From an uncultured Verrucomicrobiae bacterium (GTDB taxonomy: Bacteria > Verrucomicrobiota > Verrucomicrobiia > Limisphaerales > Palsa-1400): DNA of 64,000 bases. The notes under the pieces were generated by a model that saw nothing but the letters and a program-made list of their open reading frames with translations, made no database searches and was not told where the DNA came from. Of this stretch, positions 20,456 to 29,402 are shown piece after piece. Position 1 is the stretch's first letter. Each line of letters starts with the position of its first letter. The DNA lies in assembly GCA_963764165.1 (NCBI GenBank), contig CAVXRD010000003.1, positions 288,001-352,000 on the forward strand, written 5' to 3'. The translations under genes and the position numbers were made by a program.

Positions 20456-22354
20456 CTATTTCGCGCCGCTCTTCAGCGCTTCCAATTCCTCCCAGCGCTT
20501 GTAAAGGCGGGGCAATGTCTCTTTGGCGGTCGCGAGTTCGGCCAGGAGGCCGGTGGTTTGCGTGGCGTGTGTGCGATGAAATTCCGGCGAGGCGAACAAG
20601 CCTTCGATGCGTTCGATTTCCGCTTCAAGCGCAAGAATTTTCGGCTCCATGGATTCCAATTCCCTAGCGTCTTTGAAAGAGAGCTTGCCTTGCTTGACTG
20701 GCTTGGCCGGAGCCGCGGACTGCGAAGTTGCCCCAACAGCATTCGCCTTTGAGGGCGGGCGGGGCGCGGATTTGCTTTGGGTCCGGCGCTGCTTTTTCTC
20801 GAGGTAATAATCGTAATCGCCCGCGCTGTGATGAATGCGCCCATCCCCCTCGAAAGCCAGAATGTCCGTGCAGACGCGATTCAGAAAATACCGGTCATGG
20901 CTCACCACGCAAACGCAGCCAGGAAAGGACTGCAATGCCTCTTCGACCACGCGCAACGTCGGCAAGTCCAAGTCGTTGGTCGGTTCGTCAAGAATAAGAA
21001 AATTGCCGCCGCACTTGAGAATCCGCGCCAGCAGCAAGCGACTGCGTTCGCCGCCGGAAAGATATTTCACCTGCGTCGTGATGCGTTCGTCAGCGAAAAG
21101 GAAACGCTTCAGATAACTGCGCAGGGAGATTTTCGATTCGCCCCACTGCACCCATTCCGTTCCGTCAGCCGCTTCATCCAAAACAGTTCGTTCGTCGTTC
21201 AATTGCAGGCGGGATTGATCGACGTAATTGAATTTCGTCAATTGGCCAATTTTGATCGTCCCCTCCGTCGGCGCAAGCTGGCCGATGATGATCTTGAGCA
21301 GCGTCGTTTTGCCAAGCCCGTTCCGCCCGCAAATGCCTATGCGGTGGCCGTTCTCAAATTCGTAATTGAACCCGCTGAATAAAACGCGTCCGCCCAATTC
21401 CATGCCGAGGTTTGAGATGTCAACAACACGATTGCCCAATTGTGGCGGCGGAGGGATGACCAGCTCCATGTCTTCCTCGATGGGCTTTTGCTCCTGCGCC
21501 GCCGTTTCGTAATAGCGCTCAAAACGATTCTTCTGCTTGCTGCGTTGCGCGCGCGGCCCCTGGCGCACCCAGGCCAGCTCCTTTTTCAGGAACATCTGGC
21601 GCTTGTGCTCAGTGACCGCGTCGGCGGCCTGGCGCTCGGCTTTGGCCAGAAGGTAATCGGTGTAATTGCCGTTGTGGCTGAAGAAAGTTCCGTTGGACAA
21701 TTCCACCATCCGGGTCGCGACTCGATCCAAAAAATAACGGTCATGGGTGACGACCAGAAATGCCCCGTGAAAATTCTCCAGAAAATCCGCCACCCATTCG
21801 ATGGATTCCGGGTCAAGATGGTTGGTGGGTTCGTCAAGAATAAGGAAATCCGGCTGCGAAACAATCGCCCGGGCCAGCGCCACGCGCCGCTGCTCGCCGC
21901 CGGACAGCGATTTGATGTCGCGATCACCCGGCGGGCAATTCAAATGCGCCAGCGCCGTCTCGACGCGCTGGTCGAGCGTCCAGCCTTCCAGGGATTGGAT
22001 GCGATGCTCCAATTCCTCGTGCCGATGCGATTCGGCTGGAAGCGACTCGAATTCCGCGATGAAGGCCAGTGTTTTCGCCGCTCCCTGCCGGACGTTTTCG
22101 CGCACGTTCAGCGCGGGATCGAGCGTGAAGTCCTGCGGAAGATATCCGATGACCAGGTCGCGCCGCCCGGTGACAGTGCCTTCGTCCGGCGATTGCAGTC
22201 CCGCCAGAATCTTGAGGAACGTCGTCTTCCCGCATCCATTGCGCCCGACCAAACCGATGTGGTCGCCTTCCTCGATGCCGAGCGTGGCGGAATCCAGAAT
22301 CGCCCGCTCGTTAAAGCGGACAACCACATTTGTCGCGGCGATGATCGTAGCCAT
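20456..22354 (-). CDS. ABC-F family ATPase (Uup-like)
   Basis: Two NBDs (GRNGCGKTT, GRNGLGKTT; LSGGE; DEPTN), no TM domain, C-terminal coiled coil. Confidence 0.93.
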   Translation of the reverse strand: MATIIAATNVVVRFNERAILDSATLGIEEGDHIGLVGRNGCGKTTFLKILAGLQSPDEGTVTGRRDLVIGYLPQDFTLDPALNVRENVRQGAAKTLAFIAEFESLPAESHRHEELEHRIQSLEGWTLDQRVETALAHLNCPPGDRDIKSLSGGEQRRVALARAIVSQPDFLILDEPTNHLDPESIEWVADFLENFHGAFLVVTHDRYFLDRVATRMVELSNGTFFSHNGNYTDYLLAKAERQAADAVTEHKRQMFLKKELAWVRQGPRAQRSKQKNRFERYYETAAQEQKPIEEDMELVIPPPPQLGNRVVDISNLGMELGGRVLFSGFNYEFENGHRIGICGRNGLGKTTLLKIIIGQLAPTEGTIKIGQLTKFNYVDQSRLQLNDERTVLDEAADGTEWVQWGESKISLRSYLKRFLFADERITTQVKYLSGGERSRLLLARILKCGGNFLILDEPTNDLDLPTLRVVEEALQSFPGCVCVVSHDRYFLNRVCTDILAFEGDGRIHHSAGDYDYYLEKKQRRTQSKSAPRPPSKANAVGATSQSAAPAKPVKQGKLSFKDARELESMEPKILALEAEIERIEGLFASPEFHRTHATQTTGLLAELATAKETLPRLYKRWEELEALKSGAK

Positions 22355-22434
22355 AAAAAATTACATTCTCGTAAACCGAGCCTGTCATTCTGGCAGTGTA
22401 TCTTTGCGGATGCAAGAGGCGCGCTCAATCACGC

Positions 22435-22624
22435 CAGGGCAGACGCATCTAAATTCCGAGGTAGGGACGCCTCGCCGAGGCGTCCGGTTGCGCGCGAAAA
22501 TGCTTTTGGCGTTGTCCGTGAATAATGCCTCACCCGGACGCCTCGGCGAGGCGTCCCTACCATCAACGAGCTGGGCGCTCGTTGATTTTCAATAGATTAC
22601 AAGAATTAAGATGCGTCTGCCCTG
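22435..22624. mobile_element. 190-bp non-autonomous MITE, IS4-like ends, carrying a REP-A pair
   Basis: 22-bp TIRs CAGGGCAGACGCATCTWAATTC (21/22 match); 10-bp direct repeat TCAATCACGC at 22425-22434 and 22625-22634. Confidence 0.85.
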
Positions 22625-22680
22625 TCAATCACGCCCGGAGGCGGACGCAGGATAAATTTTCCATACGTGCCCGCCTCCGA

Positions 22681-22876
22681 AGCGCCGTAGGCGCGGCATC
22701 GTTGTAGGGCCGGCGAGAATGAACATTCAACCTCCGCAGGAGCGGCACCTCGGGAAACGTCAAGCGGTTTAGGAAAGCCGGCGTTCAACATCGCGTCCGC
22801 CGCAGGCGCCGTTCCTACGGAGGTTGGAAACATTTTCGTTGTTCGTTTCTGCAACGATGCCGCGCCTACGGCGCTT
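22681..22876. repeat. REP-like family B composite palindrome
   Basis: AGCGCCGTAGGCGCGGCATCGTTG...CAACGATGCCGCGCCTACGGCGCT. Confidence 0.85.
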
Positions 22877-22896
22877 TGGCGTTGACCAGTCCCGGT

Positions 22897-23079
22897 TCAA
22901 GGCGGCGGCAGGAGGCGTTCCACTTCGATGGCATCGGCCTCGGGATGTTGGCTTCGAATCCCTTCCCGCGCGATATCGCAGGATAACTCATGCAAATCCA
23001 GCGCAATCGCCAGACGCTGCTCGCCCGTCATGCCACGGTAGCGCGCAGTTTGTTCAGCCAATGCTGTTGCCGCGTTCAT
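22897..23079 (-). pseudogene. Small antitoxin-like protein, probably frameshifted at the C-terminus
   Basis: RYRGMTGEQRLAIALDL...AREGIRSQHPEAD..EVERLL then PPP*; one extra base restores LRRRLE. Confidence 0.55.
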
Positions 23080-23119
23080 CGTCCTTCATTAGGTGACAGC
23101 AAATTCGTTTTGCAACAAC

Positions 23120-23488
23120 CTACCTAATGGTAATCCAGCGATTCACCAAATTTCCGTCGGTCGCCACCAGCGCGGCCACAATCGCTTTAGCCAATGCCCC
23201 AATCTGATTTGCCCTGAACCGTTCCAAGTCATAGAACAACACACCGCCGTGCGGGCGGTTGTCCCCTACCCGCAGCGCGATCCAACCTGGGAGGGTGGCG
23301 CGATCTTTGGAAACCAGCGCCCGGCGCTCCTGCCAGCAAGCCTCCAGAATAACGTCGTCTGTGGCATTGATATAGGCGCCGTCCTGCCAGGAGGAAACAT
23401 GCTGAATGTCGACTTGAAGGCAAAGACGCTTCACGGCCTTGGCCACATCCGCCGGCACATGAGCATCCAGCAGCAATCTGGCTCTCAC
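23120..23488 (-). CDS. DUF5615 family PIN-like toxin (VapC45-like)
   Basis: RLLLDAHV, ATDDVIL, RALVSKD; overlaps the upstream gene by 4 bp. Confidence 0.8.
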   Translation of the reverse strand: MRARLLLDAHVPADVAKAVKRLCLQVDIQHVSSWQDGAYINATDDVILEACWQERRALVSKDRATLPGWIALRVGDNRPHGGVLFYDLERFRANQIGALAKAIVAALVATDGNLVNRWITIR

Positions 23489-23898
23489 ACCCGGATGAAT
23501 GAATGATTCGGAACCAATCGCTCCAACTCCTCGGCTGATTGCCGGCCGGCAGCGCGGTCTTCGGCGATCTCGTCTGGAAATGCCTGTGCGTAGGCCAAAG
23601 CGGCCTTCATCAACAGGGCAGGCAGTCTGAGCATCCGGGCAGCCTTGTTAGCATTGCCCTTGCAGTCCTCCAAGGTTTCAACCGCCAGCCATACCGGAAG
23701 ACGCACTCCGCGGATATAGGCCATTCGGCCAACGGGAGTTTGGCGCAATTCGACGCTGGGGTGCTTGCTCGCGCGCACCCCTTGCGTCACAAAGTCAGCT
23801 CCCAGTGTGGCTGCGCTTGTCCCAAAACGCCTGGCCATTTGCTCCAAGTCCAGCTTCACCCCCTCGGGCACTCGCAATGAAATCGGTTTAGTCGCCAT
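23485..23898 (-). CDS. Antitoxin, RHH-like N-terminus + DUF433-like domain
   Basis: KPISLRVPE; GRMAYIRGVRLPVW...AALAYAQAFPDEI. Confidence 0.8.
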   Translation of the reverse strand: MATKPISLRVPEGVKLDLEQMARRFGTSAATLGADFVTQGVRASKHPSVELRQTPVGRMAYIRGVRLPVWLAVETLEDCKGNANKAARMLRLPALLMKAALAYAQAFPDEIAEDRAAGRQSAEELERLVPNHSFIRV

Positions 23899-23987
23899 GC
23901 AATGTGTACTTTGGCATTAGCACCGGTGCGCGTCAACAGCGTCTTCGAAATTTTGAGGGTGGAAAACGAACGAAGGAACGGAGAAAC

Positions 23988-24066
23988 AGCCGCGGCGCGT
24001 TGCGATCAATCGATGCGTCTTCAGATCCAAAGTGCTGCGGCTGGTCTTCGACACTGCCGCGCTCCG
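23988..24066. repeat. REP-like family D (GCTGCGGCTGGTCTTCGACACTGCCGCGCTCCG)
   Basis: Same family at 62581-62683. Confidence 0.75.
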
Positions 24067-24089
24067 CTTAAAATTGGCGACAGCTTCTG

Positions 24090-24374
24090 CTAATAAGAGC
24101 AAGCCAGCTCGATGATCTGGCCGCAACTGCATTCAATCTTGATGCCGGACACCACGTCGCCCTGTTTTTGCATCGTCACCACCGGTGGTTTGAGGCAGGG
24201 ATTGGCGGCTTGGGCGGGCGCAGGCGCCGGAGCCGAGCCTGCTGGAGGCGCGCTGGGCGCCAGTGATTCGAAGTTCGATTCCGCCGCTGGTTTTGGCAGG
24301 ACCTTCAGGTGGAACACCGCTGTATCGCCGGCTGGAGCCGGCCCGGTCACGAGGGGAACAAACGCTTCAGACAT
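24090..24374 (-). CDS. Small Pro-rich protein with C-terminal ECSCG...C motif
   Basis: Last gene of the fliA-motAB operon, 19 bp after motB. Confidence 0.8.
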   Translation of the reverse strand: MSEAFVPLVTGPAPAGDTAVFHLKVLPKPAAESNFESLAPSAPPAGSAPAPAPAQAANPCLKPPVVTMQKQGDVVSGIKIECSCGQIIELACSY

Positions 24375-24393
24375 AATGATTCGTAATTCGCAA

Positions 24394-25122
24394 TCAGCTC
24401 TTCTTGTTCGACTGCATGCTCAGCAAAACCGAAACCCGGCGGTTGACTTCGTTGGTGGCGTCGGTGTCGCGCAGCGGCTTTGTGTCACCGTAGCCGGCCA
24501 CCTTCACCACCTGCGAGCTGCCGACGCCGTGTTCGAGCAATTTCCGCCGCACGGCATTGGCGCGGTCTGTCGAAAGTTCCCAATCGCCGTAATCAGGGCG
24601 CACCGGCGGATTGCCACTCTCGGTGTGCCCTGACAACTCAATGGTAAAGCCGGAATAACGCGCAATTTCCCACGACAGCGTCGAGAACACCCAGTCGCCG
24701 TAAGGCGTAAAGCGTGTGCTTTGCGGCTCGAAAATCGGCTTGTGCGACTTGTCAAATATATTGATCAGCAGCCCTTCGGGCGTCAGGTCCAATTTGACGG
24801 TTTCCTCCGCCCCGTCCTCGGAGGATTGGAGCGAGCGGAGCAAATCCTGGTTGATGCGCCGGAGCATGTTCAACTCGACGGCTGAGGAAGAATCAAAATT
24901 GCCGGAGCTCGACTTGACCGCCTGGATTTCGTCGTTCTTGATCAGGCCGACGGATTCCTTGGTGATGGATGAAAACGGATTGCGAAAAGCGCGCTCGACG
25001 GCGTCCTTGATGCGCTGGTCCTGCGACGTCAGCCATAGCACAATGAAGAGCGCCATCATCGCGGTGGTGAAATCCGCGTAAGCCACCTTCCACGCGCCGC
25101 CGTGATGTTTCTTGGAACTCAT
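24394..25122 (-). CDS. motB: Stator protein MotB
   Basis: HHGGAWKVAYADFTTAMMALF (conserved Asp); OmpA-like PG-binding domain (GHT, WELSTDRA, NRRV). Confidence 0.93.
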   Translation of the reverse strand: MSSKKHHGGAWKVAYADFTTAMMALFIVLWLTSQDQRIKDAVERAFRNPFSSITKESVGLIKNDEIQAVKSSSGNFDSSSAVELNMLRRINQDLLRSLQSSEDGAEETVKLDLTPEGLLINIFDKSHKPIFEPQSTRFTPYGDWVFSTLSWEIARYSGFTIELSGHTESGNPPVRPDYGDWELSTDRANAVRRKLLEHGVGSSQVVKVAGYGDTKPLRDTDATNEVNRRVSVLLSMQSNKKS

Positions 25123-25129
25123 GCTCCGG

Positions 25130-25996
25130 TTATTTTGACGCCTGGGTCAGAGATTTGAGCATCGCTTCCAGGCCTTCCGAACTCGGTTTGACTTCACTGG
25201 TCAGCCCGCGCCGCGCGATTTCAACGGCCATGATCGGAGACATTCCGTTGGCAAAACTCACCACGGACGCCGCAATGCAGCGGATGTAGGCGGCTTCCGC
25301 CACGCCAATAAATTCCATGTTCACGGCGAGCGGATTCATGAAGCCGTAGGAAATAAAGATTCCAAGGAAGGTCCCCACCAGCGCCGCGCCCACTTTTTCG
25401 CCGATCTTTTCAATCGGGCCGGAAATGGACGCCATCGTGATGACGATGCCCAAGACGGCGGCGACGATGCCGAATCCCGGCATGGCGTCGGCGGCCTTGG
25501 TCAGCACGCCGATGGGCTGTTCGTGTTCGCGCTCCATCGCGTCCAATTCGATATCCAGGAGCAGCTTCAAATGGTCGGGCTTGATCTTGCCGTCGATGAT
25601 GGGACGCAAGCCGTTGCAGAGAAATTCCATCGCATGCTTGTTCTTCTGAAAGCCCGGGTATTTCTGGAAAATGGTGCTCGTCTCGGGCGTCATGATGTGT
25701 TCCTCCAGCGCCACCATGCCGCCGCGGCGGCCGAGCATGAACAGTTCGTAAAGCGCGCTGAAAAGTTCGTCGTAGGCTTTCTTGGAATAAGGCGAGCCTT
25801 TGAGCGCTCCGATGGTCTGCTTGAACAGGGCAACCAGAACATGCTTGGGCGACATGAGGACGAGCGCCCCGAGCGCCGCGCCACCGATCATGATCAACTC
25901 CGACAAATGGAGCAGCGCCATGGTATTGCCCCCGGCCAGGATGAATCCCCCGAGAACCGAACCTATGACGATGAGAGCTCCTAGAATGACAATCAT
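25130..25996 (-). CDS. motA: Stator protein MotA
   Basis: RRGGMVALEEHI, ADAMPGFGIVAAVLG, GAALVGTFLGI. Confidence 0.95.
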   Translation of the reverse strand: MIVILGALIVIGSVLGGFILAGGNTMALLHLSELIMIGGAALGALVLMSPKHVLVALFKQTIGALKGSPYSKKAYDELFSALYELFMLGRRGGMVALEEHIMTPETSTIFQKYPGFQKNKHAMEFLCNGLRPIIDGKIKPDHLKLLLDIELDAMEREHEQPIGVLTKAADAMPGFGIVAAVLGIVITMASISGPIEKIGEKVGAALVGTFLGIFISYGFMNPLAVNMEFIGVAEAAYIRCIAASVVSFANGMSPIMAVEIARRGLTSEVKPSSEGLEAMLKSLTQASK

Positions 25997-26002
25997 GAGC
26001 GG

Positions 26003-26833
26003 CTAGAGGGGGTTATTGAAAACCTCCGGGTCTTCTTTTTGCAGCAGCGCCTTGATGGCCAGGATGGCCTGCGAATGGATCTGGCAAATGCGCGATTCCG
26101 TCACGCCAAATGCCTCGGCAATTTCCCGCAGCCGCAAATCCTCAAAGTAATAGAGCGCCAGCACCTTCCGCTGCATTTCCGGCAACTGCTGCAACCGCGT
26201 TTCAATCAGCCTGGCCAATTCGCGCACAGAGGCGTAGTGCTCCGGGTTTTCCTGCGAGCTGTCCGCCACCATATCGTAAATGGACCCGCCATCGCCTTCG
26301 TGCCCTTGCGAGGAATCCAAGCAGACGTAAGTCGTCGGGCGGACTTGCTCCAGCAATTCCTCGTATTCGTCCAGCGGCATCTTCAGGGCTTTGGCCATCT
26401 CGGTGTTGCTGGGAATGGAACCCGAGCGCTGCATCAGTTCCTGCATCGCCTTTTCGACTTTCTTAGCCTTCTCATGGATCGAGCGGGGCACCCAGTCTAA
26501 GCGGCGCAATTCATCAAAAATGGCTCCGCGAATGCGGACACGGGCATATGTTTCAAATGAAGTTCCATTTTCCGGCTTGAACCGGCGCATCGCGTTGAGC
26601 AATCCGACCAATCCCGCGCTGTAGAGATCGTCACTGTTGACGTGGGAAGGCAGCGTCATGGCCAGGCGGCCGACGACAGTCTTGACCAGGGGCAGATATT
26701 CTTCGACGAGGCTGTTTTCCATGACGCTGCCGGGGCCGCTGCGGGAATAGAGCCGCCACAATTCCTGCTGCGTTGCGCGGCGTTGTTCAGGCATGGAGGA
26801 GGGAGTTTCGAGTTCGCAAAGGGTCGCGCTCAT
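26003..26833 (-). CDS. fliA: FliA/WhiG family sigma factor (sigma28)
   Basis: DDLYSAGLVGL, FETYARVRIRGAIFDELRRLDWVPRS, GVTESRICQIHSQA. Confidence 0.92.
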   Translation of the reverse strand: MSATLCELETPSSMPEQRRATQQELWRLYSRSGPGSVMENSLVEEYLPLVKTVVGRLAMTLPSHVNSDDLYSAGLVGLLNAMRRFKPENGTSFETYARVRIRGAIFDELRRLDWVPRSIHEKAKKVEKAMQELMQRSGSIPSNTEMAKALKMPLDEYEELLEQVRPTTYVCLDSSQGHEGDGGSIYDMVADSSQENPEHYASVRELARLIETRLQQLPEMQRKVLALYYFEDLRLREIAEAFGVTESRICQIHSQAILAIKALLQKEDPEVFNNPL

Positions 26834-27090
26834 GTTTTAGAGGTTTTGGGGGCCATGGGAGACGGAGGCGCAGGCGGAGGCGCTGCTTCTTCGGCCTTCT
26901 CCTTTTCGAGCAAAGTCTGTTGCAGATTGGCGCGCCAGGTTCGTCCCCACCATCGCGCCAAAAGCGCGGTGATATAGGCGGCCAGGCATCCATGCCAAAA
27001 GCAGACCGGAATGGAACTCCCCTGCAGGGCGCTGACTCCAGCGCCGAGTGCGAGTCCCAAAATTCCCCCGGCCAGCAACAATGTTTTCAT
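26830..27090 (-). CDS. Small two-TM membrane protein, first gene of the operon
   Basis: Overlaps fliA by 4 bp (ATGA); two hydrophobic helices and a Pro-rich tail. Confidence 0.75.
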   Translation of the reverse strand: MKTLLLAGGILGLALGAGVSALQGSSIPVCFWHGCLAAYITALLARWWGRTWRANLQQTLLEKEKAEEAAPPPAPPSPMAPKTSKT

Positions 27091-27116
27091 GACACTTCAC
27101 AGTCGAGAACACGAAT

Positions 27117-27132
27117 AGCAAGACCATTGCCA
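27117..27132 (-). promoter_or_regulatory. sigma54 (-24/-12) promoter
   Basis: Minus strand reads TGGCAATGGTCTTGCT with exact GG-N10-GC spacing, about 27 bp before the start codon. Confidence 0.8.
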
Positions 27133-27304
27133 TGTTTGGCGAATGACCGTGGCCGGGTGCCTGAAAAGGCCTGATTACGAGGGAAAAACACCAGCGAATG
27201 ATTTCCTCCAGCTTGTCAGGAAAACCCTTGTCGGCACTTTTTTCCCCGCCCGCCAAATCGCGGGGCGGCAATTTATTCCGGCCTCCCGCAGGGCGGGAAC
27301 CATT

Positions 27305-27366
27305 CGCATAATTCCCATTAATCCCATTCTTCCCATGTGAGTTATGGGAATAATGGGAGTTATGCG
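27305..27366. repeat. Hairpin built of TCCCAT/ATGGGA units
   Basis: CGCATAATTCCCATTA...TAATGGGAGTTATGCG. Confidence 0.7.
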
Positions 27367-27438
27367 ACTGGCACAGTGTCGCCCGCAGAGTTTTTCTGTG
27401 CGGTTTCTGAACCGGCGGGCATTAGACTGTGGAACAGC

Positions 27439-29277
27439 ATGAGCGAAGATTCCCAATTGTTGCAGAGTTACGCCGCCACCGGATCGGAAGCGGCGTTCTC
27501 TGAATTGGCGCGGCGCCATGTGGATCTTGTTTATTCCGCCGCGCTTCGATTGCTGAACGGGGATGCGCATCGCGCCCAGGATCTGGCCCAGCAGGTGTTC
27601 TGCGAATTGGCGCGGCGGGCCCCGCAGCTCGCGCGCCATCCGGCCCTCGTCGGCTGGCTTTACACAACCACACGGCAAATGGCGTGCCGGATTATTCGCA
27701 CTGAACAGCGCCGCGCCGCCCGTGAACAAGTGGCCCACACGATGAATGAGATCACCCGCCAAACCGGGACGCCGCCGAATTGGGACCAGCTTGGCTCCGT
27801 GCTGGAAGACGCCATGCACGAATTGGCGGAAGCCGACCGGCTCGCCATCCTCATGCGCTTTTTCAATAATAAAAGCCTGCGGGACACTGGCGCGGAATTG
27901 GGCGTTTCGGAAAACGCCGCCCGCATGAGAATTGACCGGGCGCTTGACAGGCTTCGGCAGAATCTTCAGCGAAAGGGCATTTCATCGACCGGCGTGGCGC
28001 TCGCCACAGCATTGTCCAGCAATGCCGTCCAAACCGCGCCCGCGGCATTCTCCGCGTCAATCGCGGCTGGAGCGCTGGCGGGCGTCGCGTCAAAAGGCGG
28101 AACTTCACTCAGCTTGATAAAACTTATGGCAGCCACAAAACTCAAAATCGGCCTTGCTCTCGTCATCATTGCGGGCGCGGCCGCGATATATCATTCCGAG
28201 CACGCCGCGCGCCTTGCGTCAGATGCGGAAAGCGAAAATCTCCGCCGCCAGCTGGCGCAAATGAAGGCGGACAATGCTGAACTTTCCAGCCGCCTCGCGC
28301 TGTCAATTCACTCGCATTCCAGCCAAAATGCCTTGGCTAATGCGGCTGGCGCAGGAACGCCTCTTGCGAACACGAATACCGCGGCGAGCTTGCGGGCAAG
28401 GCTGATCGAAAGTCCGCCAAAGGTCACCGCCGAGCAACTTGAGCCATACCTAAAATCCCATCATCGCGACGCCACCAGTCTTTTGGCCGCCTATCGCGTC
28501 AGTCACGATCCAGCGTTGCTGCAGGAAGCGATGAAGAACTTCCCCACCGATTCGCAGGTCGATTTCGAGGCATCCATCAACACGAACGCATCCCCCGCCG
28601 AGCGCCGCCAATGGTTGAATGCTCTTGAAACATCCGCGCCTGATAATGCTCTCGCCAATTATTTATCCGCCGCGGCCTACTTCAAATCAGGCCAAAGCGA
28701 CCTCGCGCTTCAAGAAATCGCCACCGCATCTGGCAAGCAAAGTTTCATGGACTACACGACGGATCGGATGGTGAACGACAACGAGGCTTATCTGGATGCG
28801 GGATTTTCCGTTACGGATGCGCGAACACTTTCCGCCGCCCAATTATTGCTGCCGCAACTTTTCGATATCAAAGACCTTGGCCTGAACCTGCTTTCGCTCG
28901 CGCAAACGTATCAGCAATCCGGCGACACCAGCTCCGCACAGCAAGCGTTTCAGATGGCGGCAGCGCTGGGTCAGCGATACTCAACCGCGCAACCTGGCGA
29001 GCCAGAAGTGAGTCAACTCGTCGGAATGTGGATTGAGCATCAAGCCCTTGGCGGGATGGACCCGAACACCGCAGTCGGCGACAACGGCCAGACCGCGCAA
29101 AACCAACTCGACCAGCTAAACCAGGCGCGCGCGACTCTCAAAGATCTGAATGACCAGGCTCAGCCTTACTTTGACACCATGTCCGACACGGATTACATGA
29201 CTTACAAAGACCGCTGGATGGCCTTCGGCGAAGAAGCCGCTTTGAGGTGGGTCATCAATAAATTCGGCCAGCCATGA
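27439..29277 (+). CDS. ECF sigma factor with TM helix and long extracytoplasmic helical extension
   Basis: SEAAFSELARRHVDLVYSAA, LGVSENAARMRIDRAL; TM at KIGLALVIIAGAAAIY. Confidence 0.9.
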   Translation: MSEDSQLLQSYAATGSEAAFSELARRHVDLVYSAALRLLNGDAHRAQDLAQQVFCELARRAPQLARHPALVGWLYTTTRQMACRIIRTEQRRAAREQVAHTMNEITRQTGTPPNWDQLGSVLEDAMHELAEADRLAILMRFFNNKSLRDTGAELGVSENAARMRIDRALDRLRQNLQRKGISSTGVALATALSSNAVQTAPAAFSASIAAGALAGVASKGGTSLSLIKLMAATKLKIGLALVIIAGAAAIYHSEHAARLASDAESENLRRQLAQMKADNAELSSRLALSIHSHSSQNALANAAGAGTPLANTNTAASLRARLIESPPKVTAEQLEPYLKSHHRDATSLLAAYRVSHDPALLQEAMKNFPTDSQVDFEASINTNASPAERRQWLNALETSAPDNALANYLSAAAYFKSGQSDLALQEIATASGKQSFMDYTTDRMVNDNEAYLDAGFSVTDARTLSAAQLLLPQLFDIKDLGLNLLSLAQTYQQSGDTSSAQQAFQMAAALGQRYSTAQPGEPEVSQLVGMWIEHQALGGMDPNTAVGDNGQTAQNQLDQLNQARATLKDLNDQAQPYFDTMSDTDYMTYKDRWMAFGEEAALRWVINKFGQP

Positions 29278-29287
29278 ATCCATCGAC

Positions 29288-29394
29288 GGCAGGGCGAGAC
29301 TCTGTCGAGCCCTGATCAAGTTTTTAATTAATTCGACTAAGGATTCCCTCGATACCCAAAATCCACAATGGTCTCGACAGAGTCTCGCCCTGCC
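29288..29394. repeat. REP-like family C pair between convergent genes
   Basis: GGCAGGGCGAGACTCTGTCGAG...CTCGACAGAGTCTCGCCCTGCC. Confidence 0.85.
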
Positions 29395-29402
29395 AGCCTC
29401 AC

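Noticed and set aside
24394..25996. Zorya (ZorAB) anti-phage system
   Set aside because: MotA is normal length with flagellar-type motifs and no long ZorA tail. There is no zorC/D/E, and the neighbour is fliA.
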